From: Bryobacterales bacterium
GTDB lineage: Bacteria; Acidobacteriota; Terriglobia; Bryobacterales; Bryobacteraceae
Direction: 5' to 3'
Assembly (NCBI GenBank): GCA_963699905.1
Contig: CAVOVR010000007.1
Span: 152,355 to 216,354 of the forward strand
DNA length: 64,000 nt
Below are positions 1 through 10,914 of this stretch, in pieces. Both the position numbers and the translations under genes were made by a program. Every line of letters starts with the position of its first letter. Positions within the stretch are counted from its first letter, which is position 1. Under the pieces are notes generated by a model, which was not told where the DNA came from, searched no databases, and worked only from the letters and a program-made list of their open reading frames with translations.

Positions 1-434
1 GAAAGCGCCAGTTGGAGGATAGGAACGCTGGATGCGCTGTACACGATCATGTAGGGCGACTGCGATCCGGGCGGCATCTGATGGATGGCGTTCTGGGCGA
101 CGGCCGTCATCTGCGCCATCGCCATTTCGGTGCGCGTGCCGGGGTGGAAGAAGACCTTCGTGATGCTGCGGCCGTTGACGGTCTGCGATTCCATGTGATC
201 GATGTCGGTGACCACAGTGGTAAGCGAACGCTCATACGGCGATCCGACGCGCTCTTCCATCTCCTCGGCGCTGAGGCCCTGGTAGTTCCACAGCGCCGCG
301 ACCACCGGGATGTCGACGTTGGGGAAGATGTCGATGGGCGTGCGCAGAATGACCAGCGGGCTGATAAGCAGGATCAGAAGCGCCATCACGATGAACGTGT
401 AGGGGCGGTTCAGCGCGATCTTAACTATCCACAC
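1..434 (-). CDS. RND (AcrB/CzcA-type) efflux transporter permease, N-terminal fragment running off the window
   Basis: Reverse translation from GTG at 434 gives VWIVKIALNRPYTFIVMALLILLISPLVILRTPIDIFPNVDIPVVAALWNYQGLSAEEMEERVGSPYERSL... This is the canonical RND N-terminus (TM1 plus the first periplasmic loop). It is absent from the ORF track because there is no stop inside the window. Confidence 0.8.
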   Translation of the reverse strand, partial: MWIVKIALNRPYTFIVMALLILLISPLVILRTPIDIFPNVDIPVVAALWNYQGLSAEEMEERVGSPYERSLTTVVTDIDHMESQTVNGRSITKVFFHPGTRTEMAMAQMTAVAQNAIHQMPPGSQSPYMIVYSASSVPILQLAL

Positions 435-590
435 TGGGCAGGGAACTCCTCAGAAGTAGGCGGCAGAACATACGGTGTTCGTTACTGGCCCTTTATAACT
501 AACGTGATGCGGGCGTTTGGCGCGGCGCGTCGGGGAAAAGGCCTGATCTCATTGTACCTTATGGGCAAACTGAGAGCTTGCGATTGCCGG

Positions 591-642
591 ACGATATATC
601 GTACGATAGCTTTGTCGATATATTACGTTCGACTGTATCGAA
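591..642. promoter_or_regulatory. Candidate operator cluster in the divergent RND-pump / padR intergenic region
   Basis: Perfect 12-bp palindrome ACGATATATCGT (591-602). A second CGATATAT copy lies at 616-623. Inverted repeat TTCGA-N5-TCGAA lies at 628-642. AGGAG at 649-653 precedes the padR ATG at 661. Confidence 0.35.
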
Positions 643-660
643 CGAGCTAGGAGATTTGCC

Positions 661-1185
661 ATGAGATACGGATATTGCGGCCGCTGGAACGAGTCCGGCG
701 ATTGGGGCGGATGGGCTTATGCTCCACCGTGGAGCAGGCGCGGGCGATTTTTCGGCGCGGGCGAGGTGCGGATTGCGATTCTGTCGCTGCTATCGGAAAA
801 GCCGCGGCACGGATACGAATTGATGAAGGAACTGGAGACGCGATCGGGCGGAAGCTATCGCGTGAGCGCGGGCACCATGTACCCGGCGCTGCAGCAACTG
901 GAAGACGAGGGGATGATCATCTCCGAGACGAAGGACGGCAAGCGGGTGTATCAGCTGACCGATCTCGGAAAGCAGGAGTTGGAACGCGAGCGCGCGACCG
1001 CGGACAACATCTGGCGCCGGACTTCGGATTGGGGCGACTGGGGCGAGTGGATCGTGGGCAGCCCGCTGGGTCCGCTGATGAAGGCTACATTCCGCGCCAT
1101 GAAGCACGCGACGCGCGATCCAGCGCTGCGAAAGCGGGTGGAAGATATCCTGGATAAGGCGCGGCGAGAGTTAGAGGATTTGTAA
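661..1185 (+). CDS. PadR family transcriptional regulator
   Basis: Winged-helix PadR signature RIAILSLLSEKPRHGYELMKELETRSGGSYRVSAGTMYPALQQLEDEGMIISETKDGKRVYQLTDLG. Intact ORF. Confidence 0.9.
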   Translation: MRYGYCGRWNESGDWGGWAYAPPWSRRGRFFGAGEVRIAILSLLSEKPRHGYELMKELETRSGGSYRVSAGTMYPALQQLEDEGMIISETKDGKRVYQLTDLGKQELERERATADNIWRRTSDWGDWGEWIVGSPLGPLMKATFRAMKHATRDPALRKRVEDILDKARRELEDL

Positions 1186-1188
1186 GAG

Positions 1189-1833
1189 CTATTTCCCGCT
1201 GGCCGGTTCGCCGTCGGAGGGAAATTCGAATGTCTCGCCGCCAGTGTGAACCGTGAGAGTACCGGGGCCGAGGACTTTTCCACTGCTCGGGAAAAACACG
1301 GCGCCGTCGGTGGATTCGCCGGAGCCAAGCTTGGTGGGCACCAGCGCCAGAGCGGATGCGGCGGCGCCGGCTTTGAGCCGCGCGGAAACACCTTCGGCGA
1401 GCGCGCTTTGGCGGCGGGTTTCATAGCCATTCGTGGTCTGCATGTGCTCGTTGCCGTAGACGCCGCGTTCGTAGGTGGTCACCAGTTTGACCACATCGCG
1501 GCGGCCGGCTTTGGCGAGTAAGGAGTTCACGACACTCAGCGCGGGCGAGGCTTGCCACGCGGTCCCATCCTCTTGGCGGTAGCTAAAATCTTCCGGCTTC
1601 ACCGTCCAGGAGACGGGCGATCCGTTGGATATCGAAACCTGCATGATGGAGTATTCCTTCAAGTGCGCCGGCAGGTACGCGAACATGACCGTGACGCCGC
1701 CCTTGGTGAGCGTCTTGTACAGCAGCCCGTTGGATTCGAACGGAATGATCTGTGCCGAAATGATCTGCGCGGAGAACACGGCGCAGGCCGCCAGGCAGAA
1801 CGCCGGGCAACGCAGCGCAAGTAACCTCATCAT
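1189..1833 (-). CDS. Hypothetical secreted protein
   Basis: Track ORF 1189..2094 trimmed to ATG 1833, which gives a signal peptide (MMRLLALRCPAFCLAACAVFSAQ). The longer version would run over the pckG start. No recognisable domain. Confidence 0.5.
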   Translation of the reverse strand: MMRLLALRCPAFCLAACAVFSAQIISAQIIPFESNGLLYKTLTKGGVTVMFAYLPAHLKEYSIMQVSISNGSPVSWTVKPEDFSYRQEDGTAWQASPALSVVNSLLAKAGRRDVVKLVTTYERGVYGNEHMQTTNGYETRRQSALAEGVSARLKAGAAASALALVPTKLGSGESTDGAVFFPSSGKVLGPGTLTVHTGGETFEFPSDGEPASGK

Positions 1834-1897
1834 CCTAATCCTATGATAAAGGTCTGCGCGGCGGTATGTTGGCGAAGATACGCAAAGATTCGTCATA

Positions 1898-3750
1898 ATG
1901 GAACTTATGTCAACGGCAACCACAAAGACGACCCGGGACGTGGCCCGGCCGCTCAGCTCCAACAAGCATCTTCTGCGGTGGGTGGAGAAGATGGCGGAGC
2001 TGACCAAGCCGCGCGATATCCATTGGGTGGACGGCTCGGAAGAAGAAAACGAAGCGCTGTGCGCCCAGATGGTGGCGGGCGGCACGTTCATCAAGCTGAA
2101 CGAGGAGCTTTGGCCGGGCTGCTATTATGCGCGCTCGGACGCGAGCGATGTGGCGCGCGTGGAGGACCGCACGTTCATCTGCTCGCTGTCGAAAGACAAC
2201 GCCGGACCGACCAACAACTGGGTGAACCCGTATGAGATGCGCAAGAAGCTGAAGGAGCCTGTTCAGCGGATGCATGCGCGGGCGCACGATGTACGTGCTG
2301 GCGTTCAGCATGGGGCCGGTCGGCTCGCCCATGTCGCAGATCGGCGTGCAGCTCACCGATTCGCCGTACGTGGTGGTGAACATGCGCATCATGGCGCGCA
2401 TCGGGCTGCAGGTGTTCAAGGAAATCGACAAGGACGAAAAGCGCGTGGTGCCGTGCATGCACAGCGTGGGCATGCCGCTCGGGCCCGGGCGAGAACGACG
2501 TGCCGTGGCCGTGCAACGAAGAGAAGTACATCGTGCATTTCCCCGAGACGCGCGAGATCTGGTCGTACGGATCGGGCTACGGCGGCAATGCGCTGCTGGG
2601 CAAGAAGTGCTTCGCGCTGCGCATCGCGTCCAACATCGCGCGCGACGAGGGCTGGATGGCCGAGCACATGCTGATTCTGGGCGTGGAGGATCCGCACGGC
2701 GAGAAGACCTACGTGGCGGCGGCGTTTCCGAGCGCCTGCGGCAAGACCAATTTCTCGATGCTGATTCCGCCCAAGGGATTCGAGGGCTGGAAGGTGTGGA
2801 CCGTGGGCGACGACATCGCCTGGATCAAGCCGGATGCGAACGGCCGGCTGCGGGCCATCAATCCCGAGGCGGGCTTCTTTGGCGTGGCGCCGGGGACGTC
2901 GGTGAAGACCAATCCGAACGCCATGACGACGCTGGCGCGCAACACGATTTTCACCAACGTCGCGCTGACGCCCGAAGGCGGCGTGTGGTGGGAGGGCATG
3001 ACCGACGAGCCGCCGGCCGAGTGCCTGGACTGGCGGGGCAATCGCTGGACTCCGGAGATCGCGAAGGAGACCGGGGCCAAGGCCGCGCATCCCAACTCGC
3101 GCTTCACGGCGCCGGCCTCGCAATGCCCGACCATCGATCCGGCGTGGGAAGATCCCAACGGCGTGCCGATCAGCGCGCTCATCTTCGGCGGCCGGCGCGC
3201 CACCACCATGCCGCTGGTGTACCAGGCGTTCAACTGGAGCGCGGGCGTGTACATCGGGCGCAACCATGGGCTCGGAGACGACGGCGGCGGCGGCGGGCGG
3301 CGTGGGGCAAGTGCGGCGCGATCCGATGGCCATGCTGCCCTTCTGCGGGTATCACATGGGCGATTATTTCCGGCACTGGATCAAGATGCAGCGGACGCTT
3401 GAGCGAGACGCCGCGCATTTTCCACGTGAACTGGTTCCGCAAGGATGCCAATGGCAAGTTCCTGTGGCCGGGCTTCAGCGAGAACATGCGGGTGCTGAAG
3501 TGGATCGTGGACCGGGCGCATGGCCGCGCGCTGGGCCGCGAGACGCCCATCGGCTGGATGCCGCGCTACGAGGACATCGAGTGGGACGGGCTTGAGTTTT
3601 TCACGCGAGCAGTTCGATGAGCTGCAGGCCTTCGACCGCGAGGCGTGGCAGAAGGAAGTGATCGAGCACGAGGAGCTGTTCCTGGAGCTGCACGATCATT
3701 TGCCGCCGGAGATGATTTACGAGCGCGAACTGCTGATCTGCCGGTTGTAG
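1898..3750 (+). CDS. pckG: Phosphoenolpyruvate carboxykinase (GTP), interrupted by 5 single-base insertions
   Basis: PEPCK-GTP sequence runs across frames 2>3>1>2>3>1: ...[21 protein letters not shown] | [20 protein letters not shown]... | [46 protein letters not shown]... | [36 protein letters not shown] | [33 protein letters not shown] | [20 protein letters not shown]. Breaks lie near 2257, 2489, 3262, 3405 and 3598. The last falls in a T5 run. Confidence 0.9.
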
Positions 3751-3765
3751 GAACTTTGAGGCTTT

Positions 3766-4029
3766 ATGCAAGTGACTTTCGATGTGCCAGAGGAACTGGC
3801 CCAATATCTCGGTCAGGACCCCCAGGCACTCTCGCGCGCTGCGCTTGAAGCGCTGGTTCTTGAAGGCGTTCGTTCGGGTGCACTTTCCACAGCCCAAGGC
3901 CGTCGAGCCCTGGGCATCCGCACGCGCGAGCAGATGGATGCCTTCCTCAAGACCCACGGCATCAATCTTCCGCTCACGATCGAGCAGGTGCGCCGTGATA
4001 GCGAAATCGCGTTGTCATTCAGTGAATGA
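3766..4029 (+). CDS. UPF0175-family antitoxin-like protein
   Basis: 87 aa. MQVTFDVPEELAQYLG...ALEALVLEGVRSGALSTAQGRRALGI.REQMDAFLKTHGI matches the UPF0175 pattern usually paired with DUF3368/PIN toxins. Confidence 0.65.
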   Translation: MQVTFDVPEELAQYLGQDPQALSRAALEALVLEGVRSGALSTAQGRRALGIRTREQMDAFLKTHGINLPLTIEQVRRDSEIALSFSE

Positions 4030-4049
4030 AAGTTGTCGATCTTTCCTGA
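4026..4049 (+). pseudogene. 8-codon stump of the cognate PIN-type toxin gene
   Basis: An ATG overlaps the antitoxin stop (ATGA at 4026-4029), the usual TA coupling. It reads MKVVDLS then TGA. The first residues resemble a PIN N-terminus (hydrophobic residues, D, S), but the gene ends after 7 residues. Confidence 0.35.
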
Positions 4050-4099
4050 GAGCTGCGCCTCCTTCCTGTTGTCGGGAAGTGCCGACCAAAGGCAGAAGG

Positions 4100-4603
4100 T
4101 TAGGGCAGAGGGTGTCCAAAGTCGATTGGTATCTCAATCAGGCTCTCCATATGATCGTCCTCTGCCCAATCAGCATCCTTATCTTTAAGGCAATGTGCGA
4201 TGAGATGGCTATGGATAACATTGACGACCCAGTAGTGGGGCAACCCCGTCTCGCTTACGATCTCGTCGGTTCCGACGAGTGCGGGCCCCTGTGTTCTTTT
4301 AAGACGGTCTTTTAGTCTAGCGGAGATGCAACCCAGATCCTTCTTCATCTGCTCGCTGCACAGGACACCAATCGCTTCGAGCGCTTTGATCCACCCGTGT
4401 CCCGTAATTTGAAAATGCCAAATCGAAGTCAACTTCACGCACTGTGCATCTGCTAGAACCTTCCAAGTCGTAGCGTGTATTGGTTTAAAATGTGGTAAGT
4501 CCTTTTCGTATTCCTCGCCGATGGCGGCATTGGCACAATGTTGCCCGATGAGCCGTAGGGCAAGCGCCTCATTCGCTAAAAGGTCGCCCTTCGAGATAGT
4601 CAT
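4100..4603 (-). CDS. Hypothetical protein (167 aa), no recognisable family, AT-richer than surroundings
   Basis: Intact ORF convergent on the antitoxin. A spot count gives about 48% G+C. No motifs that I can assign. Confidence 0.5.
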   Translation of the reverse strand: MTISKGDLLANEALALRLIGQHCANAAIGEEYEKDLPHFKPIHATTWKVLADAQCVKLTSIWHFQITGHGWIKALEAIGVLCSEQMKKDLGCISARLKDRLKRTQGPALVGTDEIVSETGLPHYWVVNVIHSHLIAHCLKDKDADWAEDDHMESLIEIPIDFGHPLP

Positions 4604-4736
4604 GATTAATTGTCATATTCTTTGCGACGAACCGGATGAACTTGCGGCTAATGATCGTTGAGCACGGACTGATCACGTCCGAAAATTTCGCGTCCCATTA
4701 AGGACTTCTTAAGGCCCCGTGTGACAACATGGGCAA

Positions 4737-4952
4737 TTGAGCACTCTTTCTGCTTTCGGATTATTTGCAGTCACCGCCATGCTGGTCTGCTACGCGCTCG
4801 AGAATCGGAGCCGCTGGTTTATACTCGGTTTCGCTGGAGCGTGCCTGCTCGGATCAGCGTACGGTTTTCTGCAAGGAGCATGGCCGTTTGGCTTGGTGGA
4901 ATCCGTTTTGTCATTGACCGCGATTCGGCGCTGGTGGACGCTCCGGGCCTAA
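4737..4952 (+). CDS. Small membrane protein with 3 predicted TM segments (71 aa)
   Basis: Three hydrophobic segments: LSAFGLFAVTAMLVCYAL, WFILGFAGACLLGSAYGFL, WPFGLVESVLSLTAI. Confidence 0.45.
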   Translation: MSTLSAFGLFAVTAMLVCYALENRSRWFILGFAGACLLGSAYGFLQGAWPFGLVESVLSLTAIRRWWTLRA

Positions 4953-5083
4953 GGCGTTCCCCCGAGAATACCCTCCGCGAACACTATACGTTCTAAGGCG
5001 ACCTGCGCCCCGAACTAGTACCAAGAACCAATTGTTGATACCGTGTTTCAGCCTTAGTCTACATTCAGGAGTGTCACAAAGAG

Positions 5084-6289
5084 ATGCTTAGAGGCATAAT
5101 AATCTGTCCCGATGTAGATTTGAATGAGCGCTTAGAGGCGATACTGACCGAGATCGGGATCGTTAGCGTAACGCGGACACTCGACCGCTATCCGAATTCT
5201 TTGGAACTGATGCGTTTTTTGCGAGCGCATGCGCCGCAAGTGATATTTGTCAGCACAGAGTCGACGGCCAAGGCGATGGAAATTGCGCGCGAGGTAGAGA
5301 AGAACACGCCGGGCGTTCAAATTGTCGCGATCAATCGCTTCGTCGATCCGCAGATTTTGCTGGAAGTGATGCGCGCGGGAATCCGCGAGTTTGCGTCGCT
5401 GCCGTTCGATCGCCAGGCGCTGGTGGATGCCTTAGTACGCATCAAGGATGCTGTTCAAGCGAGGCCGCCGGCCATCGAAGCGACCAATCAGGTTTTCAGC
5501 TTCCTGCCTTCCAAAGCAGGCGTGGGAACATCTACGCTGGCGCTGAACGCAGCCGTGGCGATGTCGCGCGTGCCGGACTCCTCGGTGCTGCTGTCCGACT
5601 TCGACCTGAATTCCGGCATGGTGCGGTTCATGCTGAAACTGGATAGCACCTATTGCGTGACGGATGCGGCCGAACACGCGCTCGAGATGGACGAAAGCCT
5701 GTGGCCCACCATGGTGACTACCATCGATAAGCTGGATGTGCTGCACGCTGGAAAGCTGAATCCGGATTTCCGCATCGAGCCGACGCAGATCCGCCATCTG
5801 ATGGAGTTCATGCGGCGCAACTACAGCGCCCTGTGTTTCGACATGTCGGGCAACCTGGAGCGGTATTCGCTCGAGATCATGCATGAATCCAAGCGGATTT
5901 TCCTGGTGTGCACTCCCGAGATTCCCTCGCTGCACCTGGCGCGCGAGAAGTATCAGTACCTCAAGCAGCTCGATCTGGGCGACCGAGTGGCCATCTTGCT
6001 CAATCGCCAACCGAAGCGGTCCATCATCACGCCGGGGCAGATTGAACAGCTACTCGGCGTGCCGATCTACATGACGTTCCCGAACGATTATCAAGGCGTG
6101 CAGCGCGCGATGACCGCCGGGCACTGGGTGGAATCCAGCAGCGAACTGGGCCGGCAATTCACGTCGCTCGCTCAATACATGCTGGAAGCCAAGACAGGCC
6201 AAGCGCCGGAGCCGAAGAAGCGCTTCATCGAGTTCTTCTCGGTGGCGCCGCCCAAGGCCGTCACCCCCCTGCGCAAGTCCGTCGGATAA
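5084..6289 (+). CDS. TadZ/CpaE-like protein: pseudo-receiver domain plus MinD/ParA-type ATPase
   Basis: The N-terminal CheY-like fold lacks an obvious phospho-acceptor Asp (VIFVSTES). Atypical Walker A FSFLPSKAGVGTSTLALN. MinD/ParA-like remainder (LLSDFDLNSG, FLVCTPEIPSLHLA). Intact ORF. Confidence 0.7.
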   Translation: MLRGIIICPDVDLNERLEAILTEIGIVSVTRTLDRYPNSLELMRFLRAHAPQVIFVSTESTAKAMEIAREVEKNTPGVQIVAINRFVDPQILLEVMRAGIREFASLPFDRQALVDALVRIKDAVQARPPAIEATNQVFSFLPSKAGVGTSTLALNAAVAMSRVPDSSVLLSDFDLNSGMVRFMLKLDSTYCVTDAAEHALEMDESLWPTMVTTIDKLDVLHAGKLNPDFRIEPTQIRHLMEFMRRNYSALCFDMSGNLERYSLEIMHESKRIFLVCTPEIPSLHLAREKYQYLKQLDLGDRVAILLNRQPKRSIITPGQIEQLLGVPIYMTFPNDYQGVQRAMTAGHWVESSSELGRQFTSLAQYMLEAKTGQAPEPKKRFIEFFSVAPPKAVTPLRKSVG

Positions 6290-6297
6290 CGCACGGC

Positions 6298-6915
6298 TCA
6301 AACTCCGGGCGTTATTTCGAGCTTGGAATCGGCCAAAACTAGCAGCGCCGCCAGGCACGCGCTCTTCTGGTCAGTTGTCCAAGGCGGACCGAGCGAACTT
6401 CCGAGGCCTGCAATCTCGCGCTTCACCGAATCCGTGTCCGCGCCGAACACCGCCTGGGCGCGTGGATCGAGATCGCGTTCCCGAATCCCTGTCACCGGCA
6501 GATTCAGCCGCTCGCCGGCGCTTCGAAAAGATTGGCGAAAGAACTCGCCCTCGGCGGTGTGAATGAGAGGATGAGAGGCAAGGATTTTTGAGAGCGGCGG
6601 CAGGTTGCGGCCTGCGGCGAGAAGAATCGCACAGCTCGCCACAATCTTCCGGCGGCGGCGCGCTTCCTCAATGGTCTCGCGAAGCGCCTCCAAGGCAAGC
6701 TGTTCCGACGCGGCGGCGCATTCAGCCAGGTAGCGCTCGGCGGCTGGAAGACTGCGGTCCTTCACAAAATGAAACGGCTGGTTCGCGCCTTTTAAGTTGG
6801 GCGCGATCGCGATTCTTCTTCGGTCCAGCACTTGAATCGCGCCGGGATTACCCGCGACAACTACCAGGGCGCCCCAACCCGAGTGCGGCCGGATGCCGAT
6901 GGCTGCCCGCTGCAT
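6298..6915 (-). CDS. Hypothetical protein (205 aa)
   Basis: This is the coherent C-terminal part of the spurious 956-aa track ORF. It starts at [22 protein letters not shown] (ATG 6915; alternative ATG at 6942). It is convergent with the TadZ-like gene and divergent from dedA. Confidence 0.5.
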   Translation of the reverse strand: MQRAAIGIRPHSGWGALVVVAGNPGAIQVLDRRRIAIAPNLKGANQPFHFVKDRSLPAAERYLAECAAASEQLALEALRETIEEARRRRKIVASCAILLAAGRNLPPLSKILASHPLIHTAEGEFFRQSFRSAGERLNLPVTGIRERDLDPRAQAVFGADTDSVKREIAGLGSSLGPPWTTDQKSACLAALLVLADSKLEITPGV

Positions 6916-6948
6916 ACTTTCACCTCTAAGAGAGGCTATCATCGTCAA

Positions 6949-7576
6949 TTGGAAAGCGCCGTCCTCCAGTGGGTCGCGACCTACGGCTATTTCGCTATCT
7001 TCGGGCTGCTGATCTTCGGGATTGTCGGCCTTCCCGTTCCCGATGAGTTTCTGCTGACCGGGTGCGGCTTCCTGATCTATCGCGGCGATCTGCACGCGAT
7101 TCCAGCCTTTGCGAGCGCGCTCGGCGGAAGCATGTGCGGCATCACGTGCAGCTACTTCATTGGCCGAACGCTCGGGTGGAAGTTTCTGCATTCGCGCGCC
7201 GGGCGGCTGCTGCATATTCGCGACGAGCAGATCCGCTGGGTGCATGACTGGTTCAACCGGATCGGCCATTGGGCGCTGATGATCGGCTATTTCGTGCCCG
7301 GCGTGCGCCATTTCACTGCAATCGTGGCGGGCACGTCGAAGCTGGAATACCCGGGCTTCGCGTGCTTCGCGTATGCGGGCGCGCTGCTGTGGGTGAGCAC
7401 GTTTCTTTTCATCGGCTATCATTTCGGTGCGCGCTGGGAGCAGATGCTCGGCGCTGGTGGAGCACAATCTGAAGCTGGCTTCGGCGGTGGCGGGCGTGCT
7501 GATTGTAGCGTATGCCGCGTACATGTACGCGCGGCGGCGGAGGGGCGCGGGCAGCAACCGAGGTAGTAACCTATGA
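6949..7576 (+). CDS. DedA family membrane protein (one frameshift near 7450)
   Basis: From TTG 6949: [44 protein letters not shown]...[19 protein letters not shown]. The C-terminal TM helix [30 protein letters not shown] continues in the +1 frame to TGA 7574-7576. Confidence 0.8.
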
Positions 7577-7580
7577 ACGG

Positions 7581-8238
7581 ATGGGTACGGCGGTAGTTCA
7601 AGAACATTTTTACACCTCGACGACAGGCAAAAAAGCAGCGATGGCCGTGAGCGGCTGCATTCTATTTCTGTTCGTCGTTGGACATCTGATCGGCAATCTT
7701 CAGATTTATGAAGGCCCGCGAGAAGCTGAACCACTACGCGGTGCTGCTGCGCTCGAGCCCGCGTTGCTGTGGGCGGTGCGCGTGGTGCTGCTTGCGATGG
7801 TGCTGCTGCACATCTGGTCGTCGCGTGCAACTGGCGGCGCGGAACATCGGCGCGCGGCCGGTGGGTTATCGGAAGAAGACGGCGACGGGATCGTCGTACG
7901 CGTCGCGAACCATGTACTGGAGCGGCCCCATCATTCTGGCGTTCGTGATTTATCATCTGCTCGACTTCACCTTCGGCAAGGTGAATCCGCACTACGAGCC
8001 GGGCAATGTGTACGGCAACGTGGTGGCGAGCTTCCAGGTGATTCCGGTGGCGGCGTTCTACATCATCGCGATGCTGCTGCTGTGCCTGCATCTGTATCAC
8101 GGGTTGTGGAGCATGTTTCAATCGCTCGGGATCGCGCATCCGCGCTACACGCCGATGTTGCGGAGAGGCGCGGCGGTGGTGGCGATGTTGATCGCGGCGG
8201 GGAACATTTCGATTCCGGTGGCGGTGCTCTCGGGATGG

Positions 8239-8242
<4 letters not shown>
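7581..8242 (+). CDS. sdhC: Succinate dehydrogenase/fumarate reductase cytochrome b (b558-type) subunit, several indels
   Basis: [43 protein letters not shown] | [14 protein letters not shown] | [21 protein letters not shown] | [48 protein letters not shown]...[15 protein letters not shown]. Frame changes lie near 7705 (+1), 7761 (-1) and 7822 (+1). The 3' end is inferred from an ATGA overlap with sdhA. Confidence 0.75.
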
Positions 8243-10165
<1,923 letters not shown>

Positions 10166-10166
<1 letters not shown>

Positions 10167-10914
10167 TGCGCCTGATCTTGCATGTCTGGCGCCAAAAAGA
10201 CGCGGATGCGCCTGGAAAAATGACGCGCTACGAAGCGAACAACGCCAATCCCGACATGTCGATGCTGGAGCTGCTGGACGTGCGTGAATGAAGGTCTGAT
10301 CTTGAAGGGCGAGGAGCCGATCGCGTTCGAGCACGACTGCCGCGAGGGCATCTGCGGATCGTGCGGGTTCATGATCAACGGCATCGCGCACGGGCCGTTG
10401 CCCGCCACCACGGTGTGCCAGCTCAGCATGCGGCATTTCAAGGATGGGCAGGAGTTGTACATCGAGCCGTGGCGCGCGCAGGGCGTTTCCGGTGATCAAG
10501 GATCTGGTGGTGGATCGCGGCGCGTTCGATCGGATCATCGCGGCGGGCGGCTACGTCAGCGTGCCGACGGGCAGCGCGCCGGACGGCAACACGATCCCGG
10601 TGCCCAAGGAGAACGCGGATCGCGCGATGGATGCGGCGGCGTGCATCGGTTGCGGAGCGTGCGTGGCGGCGTGTCCGAACGCATCGGCGGCGCTGTTCAC
10701 GGGCGCGAAGATCGCGCATTTGGGGTTGCTGCCACAGGGTCAGCCGGAGCGGTCGCAGAGGGCGCTGAAGATGGTGCGGCAGTTCAACGCCGAGGGATTC
10801 GGGAGCTGCACCAACATCGGCGAGTGCGAGGCGGCGTGTCCGAAGGAGATTTCGCTCGAAGTGATCGCGCGGATGAATCGCGATTTTATCGGCGCGAGTT
10901 TCGAACGGCGGTAG
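10166..10914 (+). CDS. sdhB: Succinate dehydrogenase/fumarate reductase iron-sulfur subunit, 2 frameshifts
   Basis: The ATG overlaps the sdhA stop. [24 protein letters not shown]...MLELLD | [37 protein letters not shown] | [18 protein letters not shown]...[26 protein letters not shown]...[17 protein letters not shown]. Confidence 0.9.

Noticed and set aside
12-650. A 212-aa plus-strand ORF at the window start.
   Set aside because: It is antisense to the unmistakable RND transporter N-terminus (1-434, minus strand). Its sequence is low-complexity and Arg/Asp/His-rich.
1700-1760. A 15-bp imperfect tandem duplication (ATGATCTGTGCCGAA / ATGATCTGCGCGGAG) that encodes SAQII-SAQII at a signal-peptide cleavage region.
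   Set aside because: It is a single short duplication inside a coding region, with no further copies or array structure. It is not a repeat element.
1898-3750. Reading pckG, and likewise sdhCAB, aroA, queA and others, as genuine pseudogenes or as programmed ribosomal frameshifting.
   Set aside because: Simultaneous loss of many essential pathways is implausible. The breaks are overwhelmingly +1 insertions, some in homopolymers. There are no slippery-site or stimulatory-structure patterns, and up to 7 shifts occur in one gene. Sequencing or assembly error is the simpler explanation, although I cannot prove it without reads.
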